Below, piece by piece: positions 9,255 through 18,971 of a stretch of 64,000 nucleotides of DNA (positions are counted from its first letter, which is position 1; each line of letters opens with the position of its first letter). Under the pieces are notes generated by a model. It saw only the letters and a list, made by a program, of their open reading frames with translations. It was not told the DNA's origin and did no database searches. Origin of the DNA: an uncultured Gemmatimonadales bacterium. GTDB lineage: Bacteria > Gemmatimonadota > Gemmatimonadetes > Longimicrobiales > RSA9. Location: contig CAWCRS010000009.1 of NCBI GenBank assembly GCA_963798085.1, positions 96,001 through 160,000 of the forward strand, in the 5' to 3' direction. Position numbers and translations under genes: made by a program.

Positions 9255-11792
9255 ATGCGTCACGCGATCCTCATCACGCTGCTGCTGCTGTCAGGCGAGG
9301 CTGCACGAAGCCGTGCGGGCCTGCAGGCGCAGCTGCGCGCGACCGAGGGCGAGGTGGCAGGCGTGGTAGTGGACGCGGCGACGGGCGGGCCGCTGCCGCA
9401 GGTCATGGTCAGCCTCGAGCCGATGCCTTCGGGCCTCGTATCGAGCTCGGGGTCCAACACGCTGTCAGCTGCGCGCGTGACCGAAACCGATGCGCACGGC
9501 GGCTATCGCTTCGCGGGCGTAACGCCGGGACGCTACCGCTTGCGCGTGGCGCGCATTGGTTATCGGTCGACGACGCTGGACGTCAATGTGCGCCGCCCGA
9601 TGGATGCGCGCGTTTCCGTCGCGCTCGAGCTGGAGCCGGTGCAGCTGGAGGCGGTGAGCGTGCACGAGTCCGCGCAGCCGCCGTTCCGCCGCGTCGCGGA
9701 CCGCCTGGATGAGCCGGCCGCCGCGCGCACCCTTTTCGAGCGCGATCGCCAGGCGCAGTTCGTGACGGCGGACGCACGCGCGCTCACGTACGCCGATGTC
9801 GTCGAGAGCGTGACGCTGGGCGAGACCGACGTGTTTCGCGCGCTGCAGCGGTTCCCGGGCGTGGCCACGCGCGATGACTACACGGCCGAGCTGTGGACGC
9901 GCGGCGCGCCCTGGGCGCAGACGCGCGTGACGTTCGATGGCCAGCCGCTCTTCAATCCGGTGCACGGCGTCGGCGTATTCTCCGCTGTGCCGCCCGAGAT
10001 CCTGGGCGCGGTGTTCTTCCAGCCAGGCTACCGCTCGGTTTCCATGGGCGAGGGCGCGGCTGGCGTGGTGGATCTGCGCACGCGCGGCGGCGGCGGCCAC
10101 GGTGAGCTGCGCGGCGCGGCCGACGTGTCGATGGCGAGCGCGCGACTCGAGCTGGACCAGCGCCCCGCTGATCGCGTCGGCTGGATCGTGTCGGCGCGTC
10201 GTTCGTACTTCAATGTGCTGAAGGGCGGCCTCGATTTCCTGGGTGTGCCGCAGCTCGATCTGCCCTACGAATTCCACGACCTCAGCGCCCGCGTCGATGT
10301 GCAGCTGGACGCGCGCCGCTCGCTGGAGACCAGCGCACTGCTCGAGGATGACAGGCTGTTTGGCGATGTGCAGGGGATCCTGGCCAGCACGCACGCGGAG
10401 TGGGGCAACGCCGTGGCGCGCATGACCCTGCATTCGCTCATCGCCTCACTGCAGGCGACGCACACGCTGGGCATCTCGCGCTACCGCTCGAGCGTGCAGG
10501 AGGCGGGGGACAGCACACCGGACGGCCGGCCGGGCCCATGGGTCGAGCCGGCCGCCGATAACCGCGTTGTCAGCATTCGCTGGTCGACGACGCTGGAGCC
10601 GTCTTCGTCGCCGGGGCGATCGCCTGCGTGGAGCGCCGGCCTCGAAGTGGTTTCGCAGAGCCTGCACTACGACGGACCCGAACCGCGCTTCTATCCTGTG
10701 CGGCCCGACACCACCGTGCGCGTGCTGCGCGCTGACGCCGGCTGGAATGCCGGCGCCTGGTTCGAATTGCGCCGCCAGTACGCGCGGCTCACGCTGGTGC
10801 CGGGACTCAGGCTGGAGGGCGGCAGCGCCATCGCGTCCTTCAATGGCGCGGCCGGGCTGGCGGGCGTGCCGCGCACGGGCGGTGTACAGCAAGGCTCGCT
10901 GCGTGCGGCGCCGCGACTGGCCGCACGGCTTGCGCTGACACCGCTGTTATCACTCTCCGCATCGGCCGCGCGCAGCTGGCAGTACCTGCAGGCCATTGCG
11001 CTGGCGGGACCCAGTGCGCACCCGCTCTTTCACGCCAGCCAGTTCTGGCTGCTCGCAGGGGATGCCGCGCCCGCGATCCGCGCCAATGCCGTTACGCTGG
11101 GCGCGGAGCAATGGCTGGGCAGCGGCTGGCTGGCATCGGCGACCGCCTACGCGCGCCACGCGGTGGGTGTCGCGCTGCCCGATCCGAGGCCGGGCTCCAC
11201 CGAGGGCCGCCCGCTGTTCGTGACCGGCGAGAACCAGGCGAGCGGACTCGAGCTGGGACTGCGTCGCGTGGCGGGTGGCTGGACCGCCGCGCTCGGCTGC
11301 ACGCTGGGTCGCTCCGCGATGGAAGCGGCGGGATTGCGGTTTCCGGCCAGCACGGATCGCGCGCGCCGGCTGGACGCGACGGCATCCTTCCGCATCGGGC
11401 GCGCGCTGCAGCTGGGCGGCGCCTACTCCGCCATGAGCGGCGCGCCGTACACACGCGTGCAGACTCGGCTGCGCAACGCGGACTGTCAGGAGTTCGGCTT
11501 CGGCTGCAGCGGCCCGGCGGGTGTGGTCGAGGCGCCCAACACGCGCCGCACACCCGCGTGGCAGAGTCTGGACCTGAGCGCCACGCTGACACGGGCGTTC
11601 GGGCGCACGCAGGCGAGTCTGTACCTGCAGCTGCGCAATGTCACGGGCCGCGACAACGCGGTCACCTATTCGCACAGCTACTACACACCGGTCCGCCGGC
11701 CCGATGGCACGGGCGAAGAAATCCTCTGGCAGGATCAGTTCGAGCGTGGCCTGCCCCGCCTGCCACTGGTGGGCGCGCGTGTCACCTTCTGA
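9255..11792 (+). CDS. TonB-dependent receptor with carboxypeptidase-regulatory-like N-terminal domain
   Basis: Signal peptide, GVVVDAATGGPL domain, plug (DVFRALQRFPGV...RG), beta-barrel pattern, C-terminal Phe. Confidence 0.88.
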   Translation: MRHAILITLLLLSGEAARSRAGLQAQLRATEGEVAGVVVDAATGGPLPQVMVSLEPMPSGLVSSSGSNTLSAARVTETDAHGGYRFAGVTPGRYRLRVARIGYRSTTLDVNVRRPMDARVSVALELEPVQLEAVSVHESAQPPFRRVADRLDEPAAARTLFERDRQAQFVTADARALTYADVVESVTLGETDVFRALQRFPGVATRDDYTAELWTRGAPWAQTRVTFDGQPLFNPVHGVGVFSAVPPEILGAVFFQPGYRSVSMGEGAAGVVDLRTRGGGGHGELRGAADVSMASARLELDQRPADRVGWIVSARRSYFNVLKGGLDFLGVPQLDLPYEFHDLSARVDVQLDARRSLETSALLEDDRLFGDVQGILASTHAEWGNAVARMTLHSLIASLQATHTLGISRYRSSVQEAGDSTPDGRPGPWVEPAADNRVVSIRWSTTLEPSSSPGRSPAWSAGLEVVSQSLHYDGPEPRFYPVRPDTTVRVLRADAGWNAGAWFELRRQYARLTLVPGLRLEGGSAIASFNGAAGLAGVPRTGGVQQGSLRAAPRLAARLALTPLLSLSASAARSWQYLQAIALAGPSAHPLFHASQFWLLAGDAAPAIRANAVTLGAEQWLGSGWLASATAYARHAVGVALPDPRPGSTEGRPLFVTGENQASGLELGLRRVAGGWTAALGCTLGRSAMEAAGLRFPASTDRARRLDATASFRIGRALQLGGAYSAMSGAPYTRVQTRLRNADCQEFGFGCSGPAGVVEAPNTRRTPAWQSLDLSATLTRAFGRTQASLYLQLRNVTGRDNAVTYSHSYYTPVRRPDGTGEEILWQDQFERGLPRLPLVGARVTF

Positions 11793-11808
11793 TCGGCAAC
11801 AGACTGTT

Positions 11809-12303
11809 ATGGACGCCGCCAGCCTGTACGCAGAGCATCACCCGGCGCTGCTCCGCTATCTGGTGCGCCTCACCGGTGACAGCGAGCTGGCGGCGGACGC
11901 GGCGCAGGAGACGTTCACCCGGCTGCTGGAGCGGCCGCCGCGCGATGAGAAGCCGCGCGCCTGGCTGTTCACGGTGGCGACCAACGTGGTGCGCGCCTGG
12001 TCCAACAGCCAGCGTCGGCGGCGCGAGCTGGTGCTGGCCAACGGCGAGCGCGCCACGGCCGGCAATGCGCCACTCTCGCCGCATGCCGCGACCGAAGCGA
12101 ACGAGACACAGCGCATGGTGCGCGCCGCGCTGGACACACTGACCGACAGGGAGCGCACGGTGCTGCTCATGCGCGAGGAAGGCTTCTCGCACCGCGAGAT
12201 CGCCGACGCCGTGGGCACGACCACCGGCTCGGTGGGCACCATGATTGCCCGTGCGCTGGACAGGCTGGCGGCGCGACTGCCGCTTGACGCGGAGGACCTG
12301 TGA
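11809..12303 (+). CDS. ECF sigma-70 factor
   Basis: LAADAAQETF, AWLFTVATN (region 2); EGFSHREIADAVG (region 4). Confidence 0.93.
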   Translation: MDAASLYAEHHPALLRYLVRLTGDSELAADAAQETFTRLLERPPRDEKPRAWLFTVATNVVRAWSNSQRRRRELVLANGERATAGNAPLSPHAATEANETQRMVRAALDTLTDRERTVLLMREEGFSHREIADAVGTTTGSVGTMIARALDRLAARLPLDAEDL

Positions 12304-13142
12304 CCATGACGACGACGAATCCATCTCCGGGTCGCGCCGCGACTGACGCGGACCTGGTTCGCTACCTCGATGGCGAGCTGAGCGCAGCCGAGCGCGCCGC
12401 CCTGGAGGCCGTGCTGGCCACGGATGCGGCTTCGGCCGCACGGCTGGAGCAGCTGCGCCGGCGCAGCCGCCGCCTGCACACGCTGTTAGCCGCGGCCGAT
12501 CCCGTGGCGGACACGTCCGTGCAACCCGCCGTGGACGTGCCGGAGCCGCACGCGGCAGCGCCGGCGGCTGCGGCGCGCCCGGTCCTCTCGCTGGGCGAAG
12601 TGCGGGCGGCACGCACCGGCGCCGCGGCCGGCTCGGGGCGGGTCTGGCTGCGCGCGGCCATCTTCATCGGTGTGCTGCTGACAGGTGTGTTTGCGGTGCC
12701 GCCGGTGCGCGCGTGGGTGCTGGATCGGCTGGACCATGTGCTGCATGGATCAGGCGACGCTGCCGCCGCCTCGCCTGCTCCGCTTCTGCCGGCCGTGGAA
12801 CCGGATCCCGGTCTGGGCATCAGCTTCCCCGCCGCGGGCGCCAGCTTCGACATCGAGCTGACCCGTGCCCAGTCCGGCGGGCGCCTGGCGCTGCGCGCCG
12901 GCCGCGCGGATTCGGCCGGCATCGTGATCCGCGGCAATGGTGTGAGCACGCTCAAGCTGCCGCAGGGTGTGCGCATCGAGAACGCGACGGCCGCAACAGC
13001 GAGTTATACGGTGACCGTGCCCGCCAGTGCGCAGCGGGTGACGGTTCGCGTACCCGGCCGGCCACTGCTCACGTTCACACACGAGCAGCTGGCGCAGCAA
13101 CCGGTGATCGAGCTGGGCCGGACGGCGCCGCCCGGGCGCTGA
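12300..13142 (+). CDS. Membrane anti-sigma factor-like protein
   Basis: DLVRYLDGELSAAER anti-sigma N-terminus; one TM; GTGA overlap with the sigma gene. Confidence 0.8.
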   Translation: MTMTTTNPSPGRAATDADLVRYLDGELSAAERAALEAVLATDAASAARLEQLRRRSRRLHTLLAAADPVADTSVQPAVDVPEPHAAAPAAAARPVLSLGEVRAARTGAAAGSGRVWLRAAIFIGVLLTGVFAVPPVRAWVLDRLDHVLHGSGDAAAASPAPLLPAVEPDPGLGISFPAAGASFDIELTRAQSGGRLALRAGRADSAGIVIRGNGVSTLKLPQGVRIENATAATASYTVTVPASAQRVTVRVPGRPLLTFTHEQLAQQPVIELGRTAPPGR

Positions 13143-13148
13143 GACGGG

Positions 13149-13745
13149 CTACTTTGCGTCCACCACCGACTGGTACCTCGCCGCATCGGCGGGCCGATTC
13201 CAGTCCGTGTACAGGCGAACCAGGGTGCGCGCAGTCTGCTGCGTGTAGCCATCGCGCGGGCCGCGCTGCCGGCGCAGCGCCTCGAAACCGGAAGTCAGGA
13301 GCGGCTCCGCCTCGGCGAACTGCTGTTGCGCGGCCAGGCAGGTGCCGAGCACGACGCGCGCACGAACCACCCGCCAGTCGTCCGGCGGGTGGGCACGCGG
13401 CTCCGCCGCGTAGAGGCGGCGGAGTACGGCCTCGGCCGGCGGGCGCCGGCCCAGCGCGAGCAGCGCGTAGCCGTAGTTGAACAGCGGCTCCGCGAAACGC
13501 GGATCATCACCGGCCGAGTCCAGCGCCGTCACGGCATCGTGCAGAATGGGCTCGGCCTCCGCAAACCGATTCTGCGCGATCAATGCGGCGCCGAGGTTCC
13601 CTGCCACGAGCGCGGTCGTGACGTGCGAAGGGCCACGCAGGCGGCCATAGAGCTGCCACGCCTCGCGCAGCGGCGGCTCGGCGCGCACCGGCATGCCTGC
13701 ATCGCTCAGAAAGGTCCCGTAATCATTGAGCACGCTGGCCAGGAC
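13149..13745 (-). pseudogene. 5'-truncated TPR-repeat gene fragment
   Basis: LNDYGTFL, NLGAALIAQNRFAEAEP, LGTCLAAQQQFAEAEPLL; homology begins abruptly near 13745 with no start. Confidence 0.7.
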
Positions 13746-14073
13746 CGCGACAGACAGCCATGGCAGCACGGGCACCGCGAGCGTGAGCATTGCGATCGTC
13801 GCGGGCGGAACCGTGACCGGCGAGGTGACCGTGTACGGCGAGCCGGTGCCGGGCACCACGGTGCAGCTGTCGGGTCAGGGCGCGACACGAACGACGACCA
13901 CGGACAACGCCGGCGGCTACACGTTCACCGCCGTGCCCGCCGGCACCTGGACCGTCACGATCTTTCCGCACTACGGGAATTTCGCGTCGACGACTCGGAC
14001 CGTAACCGTCGCCGCGGGGCAGACAGTGGTGGCGAATTTCGCCGGCGTGGCGCTGGTGCTGCCGGCTTCCTGA
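13744..14073 (+). pseudogene. 5'-truncated Ig-like/carboxypeptidase-regulatory-like gene fragment
   Basis: Begins mid-domain at TATDSHGSTGTASVSI, then TTDNAGGYTFTAVPAGTWTVT; no start or signal peptide. Confidence 0.7.
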
Positions 14074-14182
14074 CACGCTGTCAGAGCGATGGCGCGCGCC
14101 GGTCGTCGTGTGCAGGCAAGCCCGGACGAGATCGCACGCCGGCGCCGATCGCACGGCTGTGGCGATGCGCCCGGGCCGGCCG

Positions 14183-14881
14183 TTACGGTTCGCGCCGGCC
14201 CAGCAGCCGCTCGACTTCCTGCTGCGCGGACAGCTCGTGCACCACGTTCTCGACCTCGCGCTTCACGCGACCCAGGGCTTCCGCGTCGCGCAGGATGACA
14301 GCCCCGTGCAGGTCGGAGAGGCCCGAGATCAGCTGGCCGGTACGCGCCTCGAGGAAGTCGATGACATCGGAGAGGCCGCGCGTGCCGGCGCCGCGGTTGC
14401 CCCCCGCCTGCGACGCTTCCTGCAGCAGCTGTACCGTGCGCAGGTCGCGCTGCGTCACGTGCAGGTGCCCGACCAGTTCCGAAGTGACGCGCGCGACCGA
14501 CTCGTCAATGCCCGGGTGGTTGAGGATGCGCTTCGCCATCTCTTCCGCCACGCGCAGCCGCGGATCCGTGGGCGCGCCCGCGATCTCCAGCGACATCTGG
14601 ACGCGCAGCTCATCCCAGCGCCGGATGATCTCGCGCGCGACACGGGCATGGCGCATGGGCGGCAGGAAGTAGATGGTGACCAGCGCCGCCAGGAAGATGC
14701 CCCACCAGAAGATCGGGATGAACTGGTAGCCTACCTCGATGCTGGCAAACCAGTACCACGCCGAGCCCAGCCCCCCCGCCACACCCAGCCCGATGCCCAA
14801 ATGCCGGATCGTCGCTTCCGCCTTCTCGACAGCCTTCGGCTTCTCCAGCTCATCCGCCGGAACCGGCCAATTCTCCTCCAT
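14183..14881 (-). CDS. Hypothetical protein with two TM helices and a coiled-coil C-terminus
   Basis: 232 aa ORF; AAGGAG RBS. Confidence 0.7.
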   Translation of the reverse strand: MEENWPVPADELEKPKAVEKAEATIRHLGIGLGVAGGLGSAWYWFASIEVGYQFIPIFWWGIFLAALVTIYFLPPMRHARVAREIIRRWDELRVQMSLEIAGAPTDPRLRVAEEMAKRILNHPGIDESVARVTSELVGHLHVTQRDLRTVQLLQEASQAGGNRGAGTRGLSDVIDFLEARTGQLISGLSDLHGAVILRDAEALGRVKREVENVVHELSAQQEVERLLGRREP

Positions 14882-14983
14882 GTTGGCCTCTCCTTCGGAG
14901 TTGGCGTGAGGCCCCGGGGGTCAGAGTGGCGAGGCCCATCAGGCACAGCCCAGGATGTTGTGGCTGCCCACGCAAACAACAGC

Positions 14984-15152
14984 ATCACACAGGGGTCACA
15001 GGGGCACAGCGGGCACTGTGGACGACGACGACCTCACGCGGCACGCGGACGCTTCGGCCACCGACCCGGCAGAGGACGGATACACGTCAATGGAGTCGTC
15101 ACCCGCTCCATCCCGTGATCCGTCCTCCGCACCACTGTGTCCCCTGTGTGAT
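14984..15152. repeat. Inverted-repeat-bounded intergenic element
   Basis: ATCACACAGGGG (14984-14995) and CCCCTGTGTGAT (15141-15152); a related half occurs near 38555-38590. Confidence 0.6.
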
Positions 15153-15243
15153 AACAATCCGTCAAGATCCGTTCTCAGCGTCCTCCATCGTCCTCGCGCC
15201 GGTACGCAGCGCCCTCCAGCCGCACTCCGGCCTCCTCAGCCCA

Positions 15244-18172
15244 TCACCGCGACCCGCTGCTCTGCTCCGTGGCCACCTTCTTCTCGGTGACCAGCTCGAG
15301 GCCGAGTGTCCTGCCTTTCTTGATCGCGGGCACGCCATCGGCCATCCACACGGGCATGGGTGTGCCCTTGAGGTAATGGTCGAAGAACTGCTGCATGCGA
15401 ATGGTCCAGTCCTTCCGGTTCTGCGCCTTGGTCAGGCCGTGGTCCTCACCGTTGTAGTCGAGCATCCATGTGGTCTTGCCCAGGCGGCGCAGCGCGGTGA
15501 AGTACTCGATGCCCTGGTACCAGGGCACCGCGCCGTCGGCGTCGTTGTGCATCATGAGCAGCGGCGTCTCGACCTTGTCGGCCCAGAAGATGGGCGAGTT
15601 CTCGATGAAGTGCATGGGCGCTTCCCAGAGCGTGCCGCCGATACGGCTCTGCGTCTTCTCGTACTGGAACTCGCGGCTCATGCCGGTGCCCCAGCGGATA
15701 CCGCCATAGGCGCTGATCATGTCGGACACGGGCGCGCCCGCTTCGGCCGCGGCGAACAGGTTGGTGCGCGTGACGAGATAGCCGACCTGGTAGCCGCCCC
15801 AGGAGTGGCCCTGCATGCCCACGTGCTTTTCGTCGACGTAGCCCTTGCTGATCAGGCTGAGCACGCCGGGCACGATGGCCTTGAGCGCGCTCTCGCCCGG
15901 ATAGCCGTGCGGTAGGGAATGTCGGGCGTGAACACGAGGTACCCGCGGCTCACGTAGAACGCGATGTTGATGCTGGAGCTGCCCGGAGTCGGCGCCACGT
16001 AGTTGTGCAGCTGGTCGGAGAGGCGCTCGTAGAAGTAGACCATCATCGGGCTACTTCTTCGAGGCATCGAAGTTCTCCGGCTTGTAGCAGCACGCCCTGC
16101 AGCATCTCGCCATCCTGGCCGGAGCGCCACTCGACCAGCTCGGACGTGCCCCAGACGTAGTCCTTCTGCTGCGGGTTGGCGTCGCTCATGCGCTTCTGGT
16201 CGCTGAAGTCGGGGCCGCTCACGTAGAGGTCCGGGAATTCCTCGAAGCTGCCGCGATTGTACAGCAGAACATTGGCGTTATCGGCCTTGCGCACACCGCC
16301 GCCGAAGCCGCCGCCGAACGATTTCGGCATCATGACCAGCTTCGAGGGCGGCGCGCCGGCGCCCAGGCGGTCGCGATAGAAGCCCGCGTCCTTGGTCTGG
16401 TAGTTGAACGCGGAGAGCAGCAACTCCTGGTTAGGCTTGATGGTCTGCTCCTCGGGATCGAGGCGCACGTAGCGCAGGCGCAGGTTCTCCCTGCGGCCCA
16501 CGCCGCCCGTGATGTTCTTCGGTTCCGTCTTGCCCGTGGGGTCCACGGACCAGATGTCGTCACGGTCGTAGATCAGGAACTGGGCATCATTGTCAGTCCA
16601 GCCGGCGCTGCCGTAGGCGGGCGGCTGGTCCGGTGTGTCGTGCTCTTCCTGCTGCATGGGGAAGGGAATGGCCTTCGATACGTTGCTGACCTTGTGCGTG
16701 GCCACATCCATGACGTTCCAGTTCTCGTGATCCTCGTCCCACCAGGCCAGGTACTTGCCCGAAGGCGACAGCGCGGCGTTGCTGCCCAGGTGCTCGAGCA
16801 GCTTCTCGTGATCGCCGGTGCGCAGGTTCACGAGGTACACGTCGCTGTACGTCTGGTCCCACGAGATTTCCTTCTGGTACGGCAGGCTGTTGCGGCCCAG
16901 CGCGACATCAATGTCGCCGCGGTCGGCGAGCTGCAGGTCCGGCATCCCGGTGGACGCGAGCTGCAGGAGCCGGCCGTCCTTGAGGCTCACCATCGCCTGG
17001 TAGTTGCGACGCCGCTCCTGGTCCACCTGCTTCAGCTGCATGGGCTGCAGCAGTGGATCCGTCCACGCCCACACGTCCACCACCACCTTCTCATCGTCCG
17101 GCGTGGTGTCCTTCACTTCGGGCTCGGGCTTCGGGGCTGTGCCCAGGAAAAGGCGCAGTCCGTTGTGCGAGAAATTCGGCTCGCGGTATTCGCTCGCCGA
17201 CCAGCCCTGCGGCATGCCCGGCGTGGTGGGCGCGGCCACAGCCTTCGCGGCCGCTGCCTTGCCGTCCCAGTAGAACAGGCTGAACGCCGGCTGCTCCGCC
17301 GCATAGTCGTCACGATTCGTGAGGAAGGCGACCTGTTTGCCGCCTTCATCGATCGCGATGCCCTTGTAGTCACCCTTGCCCGAAGCCAGCGCGGTCACCT
17401 GACCGCTGCCCGTGTCCAGCGCGAAGGCGCCGTCGTTACTGCCATCCTTTGTCGACGTGGTGTAGATCAGCTTCGAGCCGTCCTTCGCAAATTCATAGTT
17501 AGTGACCAGCTCAATGCGCCGTTCCTGGCCGCTCGCCAGATTGCGCAGGACCAGCGGGCTGCCATCGGCCTTGCGGTCCTTGCTCGATTGCGGCCCCGTC
17601 CCTGCGCCGGCCCCACGGCCCGCGCCGCGACCCCGCCGCCGCCCCGGCCGCCCCGGCCATTGCCGCCCCCCGCGCTGTCCGCGCCCGGCTTGACCAGCTC
17701 GTACGCCACCCATCCGCTGTTCTCGGCGGGCAGCTTGAAGTTGCGCAGCTTTTCCGCCCGCGCCACGACCTGGCCCGTGCTCAGGTCCAGGATGCCGAGC
17801 GAGTCCTGCGGCATCTGGTCCGCCTTCACCTTGTCCTTCTTCGCCTGCTTCACCGCCTCCTTCGACGGCTTGATGTGGAAGACCACGAAGCGGGCATCCT
17901 TCGTGAACTCACCCGCCTCGCCGCGTTCGATCACGTGTTCCGTGCCGCTGCCCACGCTCTTCACGTGGAGCTTCGAGTCATTGGCCTCGGAGCTGACCGT
18001 GAAGAGCACCCAGCGGCCATCCGCCGAGATCGACTGTCCCGCGATGCGGTTCCAGAATGTCGTAGTCGCTGTGGTCCAGCGGCTTCTTCGCCTGGGCCGC
18101 GAGTGCCGAAGCGGCGAACAGCGACGTCGTGAGGGAGAGGAGCAGAGTCCGGGTCGTGCGCATTGGCGCCAT
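15244..18172 (-). CDS. S9 (prolyl oligopeptidase family) secreted peptidase; several frameshifts
   Basis: Signal peptide and KKPLDH start; beta-propeller; GHSWGG nucleophile, HNDADGAV Asp, GEDHGL His; stitched from five ORF pieces. Confidence 0.88.
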
Positions 18173-18292
18173 CCTGAGAGGAGGAGATTGGCCTTGCCGA
18201 AGCCTGAGCCGCCGGGGCGGGACGCAGGGCTGCGCAATATGAAGCAATTCTGCATTGCCCGACAAGGAAGGGCGCTATCAACGCCCGATGAC

Positions 18293-18551
18293 GGCGTTGC
18301 TCGGGCTGGTTGCTGGGGCTGGTTGCCTGGGAACGACGGCAACGGATTCAATGGCGTTTCTGCGGCGAGGGCTGGGAACAGAGACTCGCGCTGGATCGGG
18401 AAGCCGCTCGTGCCCGTGCCCGCGTCCGACCCCTGAACCCGACCCTTGCCCTCACCCTTTCCCGACGTCGCTGCGGCTGGGCGCGGGAAAGCGCTTCATC
18501 CGTCAATTCGTTCCCCAGCCACCAGCCCGAGCAACCAGCCCCAGCAACGCC
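18293..18551. repeat. Inverted pair of 43-bp REP-like units
   Basis: 18293-18335 is a near reverse complement of 18509-18551; internal 13-nt period GCAACCAGCCCSA. Confidence 0.8.
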
Positions 18552-18602
18552 GTTCGCCAACCCGCCTTCCCAAGCCGGAAACTATCTTCTATTCTGAAGA
18601 TT

Positions 18603-18616
18603 ATGCGAAAACGCAT
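18603..18616. promoter_or_regulatory. Candidate PadR operator
   Basis: Palindrome ATGCG-AAAA-CGCAT overlapping the PadR start codon. Confidence 0.5.
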
Positions 18617-18971
18617 GCAATCGCTGAGCGAGCAGGCGGCGCAGCGCGTGCCGCTGCGGCCGGCGGCGCTCGCCGTGCTCACGGCACTGGCCAGAGGGCC
18701 GCGCGCCGGGTTCGAGATCCTGGAATTCGTGAATGCGACAATGCCGGGCAGCGGCCTGTTCGGGCCGGGCACGTTCTACCGGCTGCTGCGCGAGCTGCGG
18801 CAGGAAGGCCTGGTGCAGCGTACGACGGCGCCCGGGATGGCGGCGGGCGACGAGCGGCGCACGTACAGCGAACTCACGCCGCTGGGCCAGGCGACGCTGC
18901 AGGCGGAAGCGGCGCGGCTGCGCCGCACATTCAATGCGGCGGGTTTGCTCGATCTGTTGCGTGAGGCGTGA
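18615..18971 (+). CDS. PadR-family transcriptional regulator
   Basis: GPGTFYRLLREL and ERRTYSELTPLG winged helix. Confidence 0.9.
   Translation: MQSLSEQAAQRVPLRPAALAVLTALARGPRAGFEILEFVNATMPGSGLFGPGTFYRLLRELRQEGLVQRTTAPGMAAGDERRTYSELTPLGQATLQAEAARLRRTFNAAGLLDLLREA

Noticed and set aside
13149..13859. ORF-track starts at 13859 (-) and 13726 (+)
   Set aside because: Each start lies inside the opposite fragment's coding sequence and is not a plausible native start.
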